Translations under genes and position numbers: made by a program
Shown: piece by piece, positions 19,532 through 29,143 of the stretch
Numbering within the stretch: position 1 is the first letter of the stretch
How the letters are laid out: every line of letters starts with the position of its first letter
Notes under the pieces: generated by a model
The model's input: the letters and a program-made list of their open reading frames with translations, nothing else
What the model was told of the DNA's origin: nothing
The model's database searches: none
IMG/VR virus record: IMGVR_UViG_3300028364_000014
Location: 124,001 to 188,000 of that record
Length of the DNA stretch: 64,000 bases
Reading direction: 5' to 3' (one strand)

Positions 19532-19661
19532 ATTTTTATTAGTATGGTCTTTAGTCCGTAAAACCCAATGTCTTTAGCTCGGGCTACCTCGATGAATCAG
19601 AAATCTTTAAGCGCGATCTTTTAGAATCCCAATCCTTTAGGTTTGGGAGTATGTCAAATTA

Positions 19662-19736
19662 GCAGAAGTAATTCAATTGGTAGAAAATTATCCACCAAGA
19701 TAATAAATGCAAGTTCAATCCTTGTCTTCTGCTCCA
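19662..19736 (+). tRNA. tRNA-Gly-like RNA with a 6-nt anticodon loop (CACCAA) and encoded CCA
   Basis: GCAGAAG/CTTCTGC acceptor, U73, CCA; TTATC-CACCAA-GATAA. Confidence 0.7.
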
Positions 19737-19866
19737 TTTATGCGGTAATCGTAAAAGGCGATCACTTATCTTCAACGGTTTGTATTGACGATATCTATAC
19801 ATATATTTCTGTTATGAATGATAGAGAAAGAAAAAAAGTGAAATTCTTTACTACTGCCCATAAAAT

Positions 19867-19937
19867 GCGAGTATAGTTCACTTTGGTAGAGCAATAGCCT
19901 TCCAAGCTATGTGCCAAGGTTCGACTCCTACTTCCCA
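19867..19937 (+). pseudogene. Degenerate tRNA-Gly(TCC)
   Basis: D and anticodon arms intact (ATAGC-CTTCCAA-GCTAT); the T-stem and 3' acceptor strand do not pair. Confidence 0.6.
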
Positions 19938-19981
19938 CACACGCCCCCCTAATCCAGGCAAACGACTATAAAGGAATTATT

Positions 19982-20209
19982 ATGGCAAGTTTAGAAGAAA
20001 TTGAAAATACTTTAAATCTCATACGCATGATTTGGAGAGAACAGCCTCAACTTAGATTATGCCAGTTATTAAATAATACAGCACGCCTGTATAAATGGAA
20101 AGATACGGGTCTTTTTTACATATCAGACAAAGAATTAAGAGAAGGTCTACAACAGTATCTTAAAGATATGTTAAAAATGGATCTAAAACAACGCGGCAAA
20201 AGTAATTAA
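19982..20209 (+). CDS. Hypothetical protein
   Basis: RBS; W...PQLRLCQLL...FY..D motif common in small phage proteins. Confidence 0.6.
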   Translation: MASLEEIENTLNLIRMIWREQPQLRLCQLLNNTARLYKWKDTGLFYISDKELREGLQQYLKDMLKMDLKQRGKSN

Positions 20210-20403
20210 CATGAGTATTATGTGTACTATGGGCTTTCATGATTGGAAAATTATTGAAATACCAAAATGGTTGATAAAAATTGAGAGAGTAAGTGTTGTC
20301 CCTTATATGCGTGCTTGTAAAAGACCCGGGTGTACGGCTAAACAAAAACAAAAAAGTACAGGACCGAACAAAGGTCAATGGTATAATATAGCAGAGGTTT
20401 AGA

Positions 20404-20739
20404 ATGATTGAAATAGTTTATACAGATAATGGTAAAGTAGTACCAGATGAGCAACTTGAAAAATGGAGTGAACAAGTAATAAAAGAACATAAAAATTTTG
20501 GTTACTTAAACATTGAAGTTGGTTCCTCAATTATGGTAGATATGATAAGAGTGCTTATTGTAAGAGAAAAATTGAAACCAGAAGAAGTTACTTTTTTTAA
20601 TAGAAACAAAGAGGAACCTATAAAAATAAATAGTGCTGGAAGATTATCAGATTGGCCAAGTAATTTTTGTAGTAAAGGAAATGAACTTCTTTATGAACTA
20701 ATAACAGCCTGTTCCAAAAGTAAAAAAAGAAGTATCTAA
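20404..20739 (+). CDS. Hypothetical protein
   Basis: GAGG RBS; 111 aa. Confidence 0.6.
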   Translation: MIEIVYTDNGKVVPDEQLEKWSEQVIKEHKNFGYLNIEVGSSIMVDMIRVLIVREKLKPEEVTFFNRNKEEPIKINSAGRLSDWPSNFCSKGNELLYELITACSKSKKRSI

Positions 20740-20793
20740 AAATAATTTATATTAATACAAGGATAGTGGTGCTTGAACTAAAATTAAATAACA

Positions 20794-20867
20794 CGCTGCA
20801 TGGCGAAATCTGATATCGCACTCCGTTTGGGGCGGATGGATTGCTGGTTTGAATCCAGCTACGGCGA
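20794..20867 (+). tRNA. tRNA-Pro(TGG), divergent
   Basis: Cloverleaf with loop TTTGGGG; several mismatches and T-loop TTTGAAT. Confidence 0.65.
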
Positions 20868-21122
20868 CAAGAGCTAAGAGGTATTAAAAACATGTTTACT
20901 GGAAGTGATGCAAGGTACATGGCAGAACAAAATCATAGTAGATTACAAGAAATTATTATAATGGTTGAAAAAACTGCTTTAAAGGGAGAACTTACATTAG
21001 TTATACATAATGAACCGATAGATCCTACACTAGTTAATATGTTACGAGGATTAAATTATAGAGTAACTTGTGAGGTTAATACGCATGAAAACACTATACA
21101 TAAATTAATTATCGAATGGTAA

Positions 21123-21339
21123 AATAACAGGAAGTTGGCTTAAAGGCAGCCACTTATAATGAGTGAGGCGAAGACCTACTGCTAGTTCATTTGCTTGACA
21201 GGCTTGGTATCGGTTATTAATGTTAAGGTCTGGGCAAACCATGGTGTCCAATAGCGTAGGAGATATCTCGGTAAAGTAACGAAGCACCCCAGAAATGGTA
21301 AGGCGGGTTTCCTCTTTGGCGTAGCAGCACACTATTATT
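21123..21339 (+). ncRNA. 23S rRNA H42-H44 (L11-binding domain) mimic with an insert of about 150 nt
   Basis: CAGGAAGTTGGCTTAAAGGCAGCCAC...AATGAGT and GCGTAGCAGCACACT match 23S nt ~1054-1105 as recalled; closing helix AATAACAG/CTATTATT. Confidence 0.75.
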
Positions 21340-21349
21340 TTATCATTTT

Positions 21350-21422
21350 GGAGCCATCGTCTAATGGCTAGGACGTATCCCTTTCAAGGATAAAATGTTG
21401 AGTTCAATTCTCACTGGCTTCA
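21350..21422 (+). tRNA. tRNA-Glu(TTC)
   Basis: Cloverleaf with TATCC-CTTTCAA-GGATA. Confidence 0.88.
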
Positions 21423-21435
21423 TAAATAACTATAT

Positions 21436-21506
21436 TGCGGAATAGAGTAGTGGTTACTCGTAGGACTCATATTCCTAACACGGAGGTTCGAATCCTCCTT
21501 CCGCTA
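21436..21506 (+). tRNA. tRNA-Met(CAT) with a 1:72 mismatch (initiator-like)
   Basis: TAGGA-CTCATAT-TCCTA anticodon arm; T1.T72 mismatch. Confidence 0.85.
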
Positions 21507-21628
21507 ATAGCTACTTACCAAGTAGCTCTATTAATCCTTGAGCACTGACGTTATGGTAGTCAGTTAGTAAAAAAAATCATACTCGAAAAGGTATGCACGT
21601 GTTTATATGGTTTGGAACACAAACATAT

Positions 21629-21762
21629 GAAGATTGTAGCTCAACTGGTTAGAGCGGCTGACCCAAAAATCTTTTTGCATCCACTTGTCACCCATCTATG
21701 ACCGAAGTAAAAAGTTTATCATACTTCAGCGAGTTGAGGGTTCAAATCCCTCCAATCTTCCA
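21629..21762 (+). ncRNA. tRNA scaffold with a 64-nt structured insert in the anticodon loop
   Basis: AAGATTG/CAATCTT acceptor, canonical D and T arms, and a GCTGA/TCAGC stem enclosing 21662-21725; G-1:C73. Confidence 0.75.
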
Positions 21763-22341
21763 AGTAAACCCTCTAATTTTCTAAGTAAAAAAAAATTAAA
21801 AACATTAAAGGTTCAAAACTTTTAGGCACTAAAGGAGATATTTTATGCTTTCATTTAAAGAACTAAAACAGTTGAAAATAAAAACTGATTTTTTAAATAG
21901 ACAAGTGAAGAAATTTTTTCTTTCTTTAAGTGGCAGTTGTGAATATAGAAAATTAAAACATCACGATAGTGGGGATTGGTACAAATGTACACATAAAAAT
22001 TATCACTTAGCAAAATATAGAGACATAACTCCTTGTGATGAAAAAGAATGTCCTAAATTAAATTAAAGATAATAATGCAGTCAGAACTCTACTTTTCAAC
22101 ATAGATCCCAAACTGTATATTAATAGGTATGGATTAGCAGATGATTCATATCAAAATCAAGTATCATGGTCGACTTATTTTTAATGAGTTGAAATTAAAA
22201 TTTGATGAACAACTTTATGGAGCACACCCGTATAGCTCAGCCAGGTGGGGGCCATCCAATCACAACGGGTAGTCAAAGGATAACTGGAATGGTTATCTAT
22301 AAGTAAACCCTAGCCAGTACTAAACTACTCAGTGTTGGCAC

Positions 22342-22632
22342 ATGAAAAATATAAAATTACCAGTAAATTATAATGAACTCCACTATAAAGATAGACGTAT
22401 TGTACGTGAAGAGTATATTAAATTACAAGACGGTAAATGCTTTCACTGTAGTGTCTCATTAGATAAGAAGCCCAATTTAAGTGTAAGAAAATTATCAGTA
22501 AATAAAAACCTTTTCCCAAAAGGATTCTTTGATTATCCAATACATTTACATCATAATCACGATACTGGAATGACTATAGGGGCTGTTCATTGTTATTGTA
22601 ATGCAGTATTGTGGCAGTACTACCATAAATAA
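22342..22632 (+). CDS. Endonuclease VII-like (His-Me finger) nuclease
   Basis: QDGKCFHC ... HLHHNH.TG ... VHCYCN. Confidence 0.75.
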   Translation: MKNIKLPVNYNELHYKDRRIVREEYIKLQDGKCFHCSVSLDKKPNLSVRKLSVNKNLFPKGFFDYPIHLHHNHDTGMTIGAVHCYCNAVLWQYYHK

Positions 22633-22644
22633 AGAGGACTACTT

Positions 22645-22908
22645 ATGGAAAAACTTAGAACTAAATCGACTTTCATAAAAGATAAATTTTATGTTAGATT
22701 ACTAGAAGACGATTATGTAATAAACGAAATGGCATGCAAAGATAAAGTTGATATTACTTGGTGTTGTAACTATATGCTGCGATGGTTTGATAAGTTGGAT
22801 GGTAGTTCTAAAATGGCTTCAGCATCTAGGTCTCGTTGGTATAAGAATAAATATAAACCTACTGGAAAAATTTGGCACGAGAAAGATTTAAGAAGGGAAA
22901 ATATATGA
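22645..22908 (+). CDS. Hypothetical protein
   Basis: GAGG RBS. Confidence 0.55.
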   Translation: MEKLRTKSTFIKDKFYVRLLEDDYVINEMACKDKVDITWCCNYMLRWFDKLDGSSKMASASRSRWYKNKYKPTGKIWHEKDLRRENI

Positions 22909-23236
22909 AAAAAGATGGTGGAAATATAAAAAATTGGCAGTTACATAATCTTACATACAAAGACGACTCTTTAAAACAATTAAAAGAGATGTATCCTGAA
23001 GCAGTTACTAAACCAAACCCAATGATAGTAACTGGCACTGTAGTTAATGAACCTACTGGTAGATGGAAACCTGGAAATCACTTTAGATCTTCTATGATTG
23101 TAAAGATAAATCGAAAAAATAACACTATTGAAACTTTAAATACAATTTACCATTTTGATCCTGAAACTGAAGGGCAAGACACTATACCTGACTTAGGTAA
23201 TGGGGTACTTGGTATATTTTATTAAGGAAATATTAA

Positions 23237-23587
23237 ATGAATAAAATAAAAATATGCGATAAAAAAGGATGTAACAACATCACAAGAACGCCTGATGTAA
23301 AATATCGTAGCATAGTTTGTGCTGCCACCGACTATGATTTTTTAATCAATGATAAAAAAAAACAAAATAAAATACCTTTTATTTCCGTAGGTAATAATGA
23401 ACTTAAAGATAATAAAAAATTAAAAAAAGGTAATTTAATAGATTGTCCTCACTGTCTGAAGAAACATAAAGTAGAACTAGGAAAAACATCTGATGGTGTA
23501 GAAACTGATTCCTTAATGTTCTATAAGTGCGGAAAAAATTTATATCTTTGTGGAGTAGACGGGGTGTCTCTAAGTGCATCCAGCTGA
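23237..23587 (+). CDS. Hypothetical Cys-containing protein
   Basis: RBS; CPHC and YKC...LCG. Confidence 0.55.
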   Translation: MNKIKICDKKGCNNITRTPDVKYRSIVCAATDYDFLINDKKKQNKIPFISVGNNELKDNKKLKKGNLIDCPHCLKKHKVELGKTSDGVETDSLMFYKCGKNLYLCGVDGVSLSASS

Positions 23588-23897
23588 AACATTAATTCAT
23601 TGGAGTTGCAGTGATAAAGAACATAAGCAATTATTAAAAGAATACAAACAATTTTACGATGTTATTGTAAATAATGGATTTAAAAAAGAATTAGATGTAT
23701 TAATAAGTGCTTCTTACCGTGTAGGCAGTATGGATGAGTGGGATGCTAATGAGGAAATAATATGAATTTATATGAAATTTTAAATACGCTTCATAAAGTT
23801 GAAGACCAGGGACCTGCCTCTTTAGATAAAAAAGAAAAGGATCAGTTAATATACAATATGACTGAATTCATTAAAGCAATAGTTAAAGAGGACTATA

Positions 23898-24455
23898 ATG
23901 ACTGATTTTTTTACGTCCGATTGGCATATGTTTCATTATAATATTATTAAATATGCCAATAGACCATTTAAAGATGAAAATACAATGAAAAATGAAATCA
24001 TTAAGAGACATAATGAAGTAGTAAGACCAGAAGACACTACATATGTTCTTGGTGATGTAGCAATGATTGGTAGACACGGACTGAGTAAATTAGAACCTAT
24101 ACTTAAAAAAATGAATGGTACTTTTCATCTTATTCTTGGTAATCACGATGAGGGTAAGCCATTTACTTATGAAAGGATGGGGTTTACTACAGTACATACA
24201 GCACTTCAATATGATACTAATACAATCCTAAGACATGACCCAGCGTCTGCTATTATTATGCCTGATAAGTTGTGGCTTGTAGGGCATGTGCATAATCTAT
24301 TTAAAATTTCTCTTAAACATACTATATGCTATAACGTAGGGGTCGATGTTAATAATTTCTATCCTGTAACTCTTGCACATATACATAAAGAAATTATTGA
24401 AGCTAAAAAAGATAGGGAATTATTTAATCGATTTAGAGAAAAAGGAGGCAGTTAA
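23898..24455 (+). CDS. Calcineurin-like metallophosphoesterase
   Basis: SDWH, LGD, GNHD and GHVH motifs. Confidence 0.9.
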   Translation: MTDFFTSDWHMFHYNIIKYANRPFKDENTMKNEIIKRHNEVVRPEDTTYVLGDVAMIGRHGLSKLEPILKKMNGTFHLILGNHDEGKPFTYERMGFTTVHTALQYDTNTILRHDPASAIIMPDKLWLVGHVHNLFKISLKHTICYNVGVDVNNFYPVTLAHIHKEIIEAKKDRELFNRFREKGGS

Positions 24456-25668
24456 CATTAAAACAAAATACTACGGTGATACCCCACTAGTATCAGCTGA
24501 ACTACCAAAAAATAACACCACTGAAGCTGAAGTAGAATCAGGGCTTAATATCTGTTTATACAAGCTAAAAGAAAGTAAACTACCCTACAATAAAAAATTA
24601 TTTGGTAATGTTACAGTTAATGATCTAAGAAAAGTATTAAAGACCAGTGTTGACGCAATTAGTTTTACAAAAAGTGAACTAGGTGAAGCTTGGTTTAAAT
24701 AATTATTCATAAAACAAGAAAATTATGAGGAGAGTAACTTTATGTCAAATAAAGATAGATTAGGTAAATTAACGATATGTAGGAGTTGTGGGTGGTTTGG
24801 TTATAAAATAGAATTTGAAAACAATATATGTCCAAACTGTTTTAAATACATTTGAAATGTTAAAAAAATTTACTAGTTGGGTATTTGATAGTGACGGTAG
24901 AAGAAAACGTAAGAGAGAGTATAAGTCTTATGACTTAGGGTTTGGTTGGGCAATGGCTGAACATTTAATTCACAAAAAATCTATTATGGAACTTCAAAGT
25001 TACATTGTAGAGCACACTGATAGCTCATTTGATTGGGGAGCACAAGACGCTATAGAACTTATTATTGAATCAGGACTAGAATTAGAATAAATTATAAAAG
25101 TGGGAAGCTGATTGCTTGGCGCAGCCCTGAAAATCGCACTATAAATATAATTCTAAATGCGTCATAGCCTTATGAATATAAAATATCTTATATTTATAAG
25201 GCATAAGCTAATGAACGTGTACTAATTAATTTTATAAATTATAATATAGACACTTTCACAAATACTAATAATATTGGGAGAATTAATGCAAAGAAAAGTT
25301 TGGACATTGGATAAAAGAATAGCGTTATTTAAATTTCTTAAAGATCGATTTGGACCACTTAGTGCTTGGCCTGGATCGTCTCCAGTAGAAGGGGCAACTA
25401 ATTTACTAAATTTTTGTAATCATTTTGCTGGATTAGTAAAAGCAAAATCTGGAAGAGCGGTACTTAATCAAGTTAGGTGGGCGGTTACAAGTCAACCATC
25501 CGTTAAAAATATTTCTACATTTTTTGAATGTAAAGCTGCAGCGTTGGATGCGGGATTTATTACTAGCAAAGAAATGCCTACTAAAGTTGAATGTAAGTAT
25601 TAATTAAAGATATTTAACTAACTCTTATATTATTAGGATGTTTTAAAATTAAAGGAGGTGATACCTAT

Positions 25669-25836
25669 ATGCCTGGAAAAGACGGAACTGGTCCTAACGG
25701 TAATGGACCAAAAAAAGTAAAGCAGGGTGTTCCTACACCAAAAAACAATAAGAATAAACGAGGGTCTAAAAATGATCCCGGAGCCGGAAGAGGTGGGGGA
25801 GGTGGCATCGGCGGTAGAGGTAGAGGAAATAGATAA
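25669..25836 (+). CDS. 55-aa Gly/Arg-rich DUF5320-like peptide (MPGKDGTGPNGNGP...GGRGRGNR)
   Basis: Strong AAAGGAGGTGA RBS; the MPGxDGTGP N-terminus is typical of DUF5320. Missed by the ORF track. Confidence 0.7.
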   Translation: MPGKDGTGPNGNGPKKVKQGVPTPKNNKNKRGSKNDPGAGRGGGGGIGGRGRGNR

Positions 25837-25920
25837 AAAGGAGATCTTATGCAAGTAAAGCATAAGAAATTTATAGAAGACACCCTTTAAGTTACTTAGT
25901 GTAACTAAAGGAGGTGTTTA

Positions 25921-26238
25921 ATGCAATACAAAGATATTTTTTATTTATACACTTATCATTTTACTAAGAATTGGAAAATAGTAACAACAATAAGATCCCA
26001 CCCATTTAGGTTTCGATTTGATCAAGTACCTCACACTGGTGGAAGAAAGCCGTGTATTTATGGTGGTGTTAGACACATGAAGACTACACAAGAACGTAAG
26101 TGGTCTTTAGCTCATGGTAAATACGTGAGAGGTAGAAGGAGTTTTCGTATACTTCCTAATAGTTGGGATGATTATTGGCATGCACGCCGTGAAAAAGGCT
26201 GGAAGCGATCAAAAAATAAGAAAAGACAGTGGCAGTAG
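25921..26238 (+). CDS. Hypothetical basic phage protein
   Basis: GGAGG RBS; RGRRSFRILPNSWDD. Confidence 0.6.
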   Translation: MQYKDIFYLYTYHFTKNWKIVTTIRSHPFRFRFDQVPHTGGRKPCIYGGVRHMKTTQERKWSLAHGKYVRGRRSFRILPNSWDDYWHARREKGWKRSKNKKRQWQ

Positions 26239-26308
26239 TTTAGTTAAAAGTTCCTATATTCGTCGTGAATATAGGGACATAACAATTATATTTTAGGGAG
26301 AATTAATA

Positions 26309-26590
26309 ATGTTTTTTAGAACTGAAAATGGTGAAGAAAAAAAAGTAATGTTTCGGCATAATCGCGAAGAACGTCCAGATAAGAATGGTATTTATAGAGG
26401 TCATCCAGTTAATACTGAGTGTAGTATTTTTGTTGATGATACAGTGGTAGGGCATGGCATTGCGATGTGCAACCCTGTGGACCATTTTGATAAACGAATT
26501 GGTAGAAAGAAGTCTTTTGAACGAGCACTAAGAAATGCTGATTTTAATGTTAAAGACAGAACTTTAGGTTGGGCAGAATTCTGGAAGTAA
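26309..26590 (+). CDS. Hypothetical phage protein
   Basis: GGAG RBS; AMCNPVDHFDKRIGRKKSFERAL, a motif type common in phages. Confidence 0.6.
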   Translation: MFFRTENGEEKKVMFRHNREERPDKNGIYRGHPVNTECSIFVDDTVVGHGIAMCNPVDHFDKRIGRKKSFERALRNADFNVKDRTLGWAEFWK

Positions 26591-26613
26591 CGATATATAA
26601 AATAAAATAAAAT

Positions 26614-26702
26614 TGAGAGTTGCCCGAGTGGTTGAAGGGGTTCGCCTGCTAAGCGAATGAGGTTAGAAATAGTCTCCGAGGGTTCAAATCCCTCACTCTC
26701 AG
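26614..26702 (+). tRNA. tRNA-Ser(GCT)
   Basis: Type II cloverleaf; loop CTGCTAA; G73. Confidence 0.92.
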
Positions 26703-26716
26703 ACGGGAAAATTATT

Positions 26717-27115
26717 ATGCAATGGCTGTATAAGCTATACATTAAATTTATAAATTCAAGTACTTGGCATCATTTATATTATAAACACACTAAAGAATTT
26801 AAAAAAATGATTTCTAACGTAGAAAAAAATGCATTAGAATTTAGAAAAAAATGTGAGGAACTAGAAACTTATCCATGCCAATACTGCCTTGAATTAGGTA
26901 ATAAAGTATGTATTAAAACTTGTGACTTGATTGAGCATGATAATGAGGTATTAACAGCATTAATAAATAAAAATAAATGTTGTCCTGATTGTGGAAATAA
27001 GAACTCATTATGTAAAGGACCTGAAGCAGGAGCATCACAAAATATTTATTGTACCAACTGTAATCATTGGTTTAATTTCTGTCTTGGTACTTTTACGCAT
27101 AGAATTATTAAATAA
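26717..27115 (+). CDS. Cys-rich hypothetical protein (start corrected to lie after tRNA-Ser)
   Basis: CQYC, CPDC and CTNC pairs. Confidence 0.6.
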   Translation: MQWLYKLYIKFINSSTWHHLYYKHTKEFKKMISNVEKNALEFRKKCEELETYPCQYCLELGNKVCIKTCDLIEHDNEVLTALINKNKCCPDCGNKNSLCKGPEAGASQNIYCTNCNHWFNFCLGTFTHRIIK

Positions 27116-27127
27116 GGAATTATATAT

Positions 27128-27865
27128 ATGGATACAACAGTTGATTTTACTTTTCCTGTAGTGCCTTTTTGCGAAGCACAATTAAAAGACATAAACCCTT
27201 CAGATATACTTATGAATAATATGTTTAGGGTTTGTAATGTCTATAAGGGTGGTGGAGGATATGATAAGTTTCCTGATATTGCTTTTAGACGTACTGGATG
27301 TATAACAGATAAACAATTTATAGTACAACTTAAAGGATGCCCACTTAAATGTTCTTACTGTTATGTTACTCCTGCCGGTATTAATGGGGAAGCTACATAT
27401 CATTCTTCTGACCTTTTAGTTTCTATATTTAAAACCTCTATGGAATTAAATAAAACTAAGGTATTTCACCTAATGGGCGGAGCTCCAGCAATATATATAG
27501 ATAAGTGGCACCACATCATATCAAAACTACCTAAAGGCGCTATATTTCATTCTGATATCATGCTAATTGAAAAAGCATACAATAAAGTAGACTTTAGTGC
27601 TTTAAATAAACCTAATTGTCTATACGCTGTATCAATAAAGGGAAATAATGCTGAAGAATTTTTTAAGAAAACCAGTACCGAATTAAATGAGAGTTTATTC
27701 TGGAAAAATTTTGATATTGTTGTAAATAGCGGTATAAGTTTTTATATTACATTTACTGATATTAATCCAACTGAAATATATCAAAAAATTGCCGATAGAT
27801 ACGGACTTGGTGTGTTGAAAGACTCATTTACTATTAAAAAAATAGAATATGAAGCTATAAAATAA
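27128..27865 (+). CDS. Radical SAM superfamily protein
   Basis: GCPLKCSYC (CxxxCxxC) and a HLMGGAP (GGEP-like) motif. Confidence 0.75.
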   Translation: MDTTVDFTFPVVPFCEAQLKDINPSDILMNNMFRVCNVYKGGGGYDKFPDIAFRRTGCITDKQFIVQLKGCPLKCSYCYVTPAGINGEATYHSSDLLVSIFKTSMELNKTKVFHLMGGAPAIYIDKWHHIISKLPKGAIFHSDIMLIEKAYNKVDFSALNKPNCLYAVSIKGNNAEEFFKKTSTELNESLFWKNFDIVVNSGISFYITFTDINPTEIYQKIADRYGLGVLKDSFTIKKIEYEAIK

Positions 27866-27878
27866 TAAAATTTATTGT

Positions 27879-27968
27879 GTTGGGAGTGGCGAAATTGGCT
27901 AGACGCGCTAGGTTGTGGTCCTAGTATCCGTAAAGGATGTGAGGGTTCGAATCCCTTCTCTCACCCCA
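27879..27968 (+). tRNA. tRNA-His(GTG) with a long variable arm
   Basis: CTAGG-TTGTGGT-CCTAG; G-1:C73 and CCA; ATCC-GTAAA-GGAT variable arm; Leu-type D-arm. Confidence 0.85.
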
Positions 27969-28113
27969 AAAATAATAATAATTAAATAAGGATTTAATTT
28001 ATGAAAGTAATTAAAACTATATGGAAAAAACTAAGCAGTGTTCTGTGTAAAAATGAAATTAATACAGATATTTCTGAGTGTATTCCACGAACAACAATAG
28101 TAAGAAGATAGGG

Positions 28114-28420
28114 TATGTGGGAAGTGGGCTTAGAGGCAGCCAGCTTTTAAAGAGTGAGACAAATACGTATCGCGAATCGATGAACCTATAAGTTGCCATG
28201 AATACTTATAGCGGAGACTGAAACATGGCCAGAGTAAAGAATAGTAGCTACCTTCTTACGAGGTGATGCACGGTTGTGATTTATAAGCTATTATAAAATA
28301 TCATATACTGTAAGATGCAATCCTGCTCCTGATGATGCGAACGAAATAGATATGGCAAGTTGAAAGGAACCCCGTAAATGGTAAGACCTGACATCTCTTT
28401 GGCGTAGAAGCACACCACTA
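28114..28420 (+). ncRNA. Second 23S rRNA H42-H44 mimic with an insert of about 245 nt
   Basis: GGGAAGTGGGCTTAGAGGCAGCCAGCTTTTAAAGAGT ... TCTCTTTGGCGTAGAAGCACAC. Confidence 0.75.
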
Positions 28421-28560
28421 TTTATTAAATATTTATATAAACCTGTAGTTACGAAGGGTATTAGGGAACCTAAGAAATGCCTCACTTCATAAATTGGAGA
28501 TTAATGGCTGGTATAGATCTAATATATTATAGATATTTTTAACAGCAAAGGGCTTAAATA

Positions 28561-29130
28561 ATGAATATAAATAAACTTTTGGCTTGGTTAGCGATAATTA
28601 TCCTAGGAATTTGTACTTACCTAGTTCCTGTATCAGCAAATCAAAATTGGCATTCAGAATATGTAATAAATCTTCAAGGCAATAAACCAGTTGTTATTAT
28701 TACTAATGGTAAAAATAAAATTGTGTATACACCAACTGAAGAACAAACATTTATGGTTGCTGTTACGAGAGCTATAAAACAGGGCGCTGATGCTTGTGAG
28801 TGTATGAAGATAGCCATAGATATGAATTATACCCCATATCTCGTTTTAAAGACCATATACTCAATCGGTAGCTACATAAAACTCGATCAGTTGTGCATGT
28901 GCGCCACCGAAACAGGGATAATGAAAGCTATTATTGTAAAAGCCGCTATTGATGCCACCTTACCGACAGGAGAACATAGATTTAGTAGGGATGAAATTAT
29001 TCAATCACAATGTTTAAAATTAGAAAAGGAAATTGATTATATATTTGTTGTACCAGCATTGCCCACTCTTCCACCCATAAAAATAGATATAGATAGCGAT
29101 AAATCCTTTGCTACAAAAACAACTTTTTAA
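28561..29130 (+). CDS. Exported hypothetical protein
   Basis: N-terminal signal/TM segment. Confidence 0.6.
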   Translation: MNINKLLAWLAIIILGICTYLVPVSANQNWHSEYVINLQGNKPVVIITNGKNKIVYTPTEEQTFMVAVTRAIKQGADACECMKIAIDMNYTPYLVLKTIYSIGSYIKLDQLCMCATETGIMKAIIVKAAIDATLPTGEHRFSRDEIIQSQCLKLEKEIDYIFVVPALPTLPPIKIDIDSDKSFATKTTF

Positions 29131-29143
29131 AGTATATAAAAAC

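Noticed and set aside
22228-22275. ACCCGTATAGCTCAGCCAGG tRNA-like start
   Set aside because: No anticodon or T-arm; a collapsed remnant at best.
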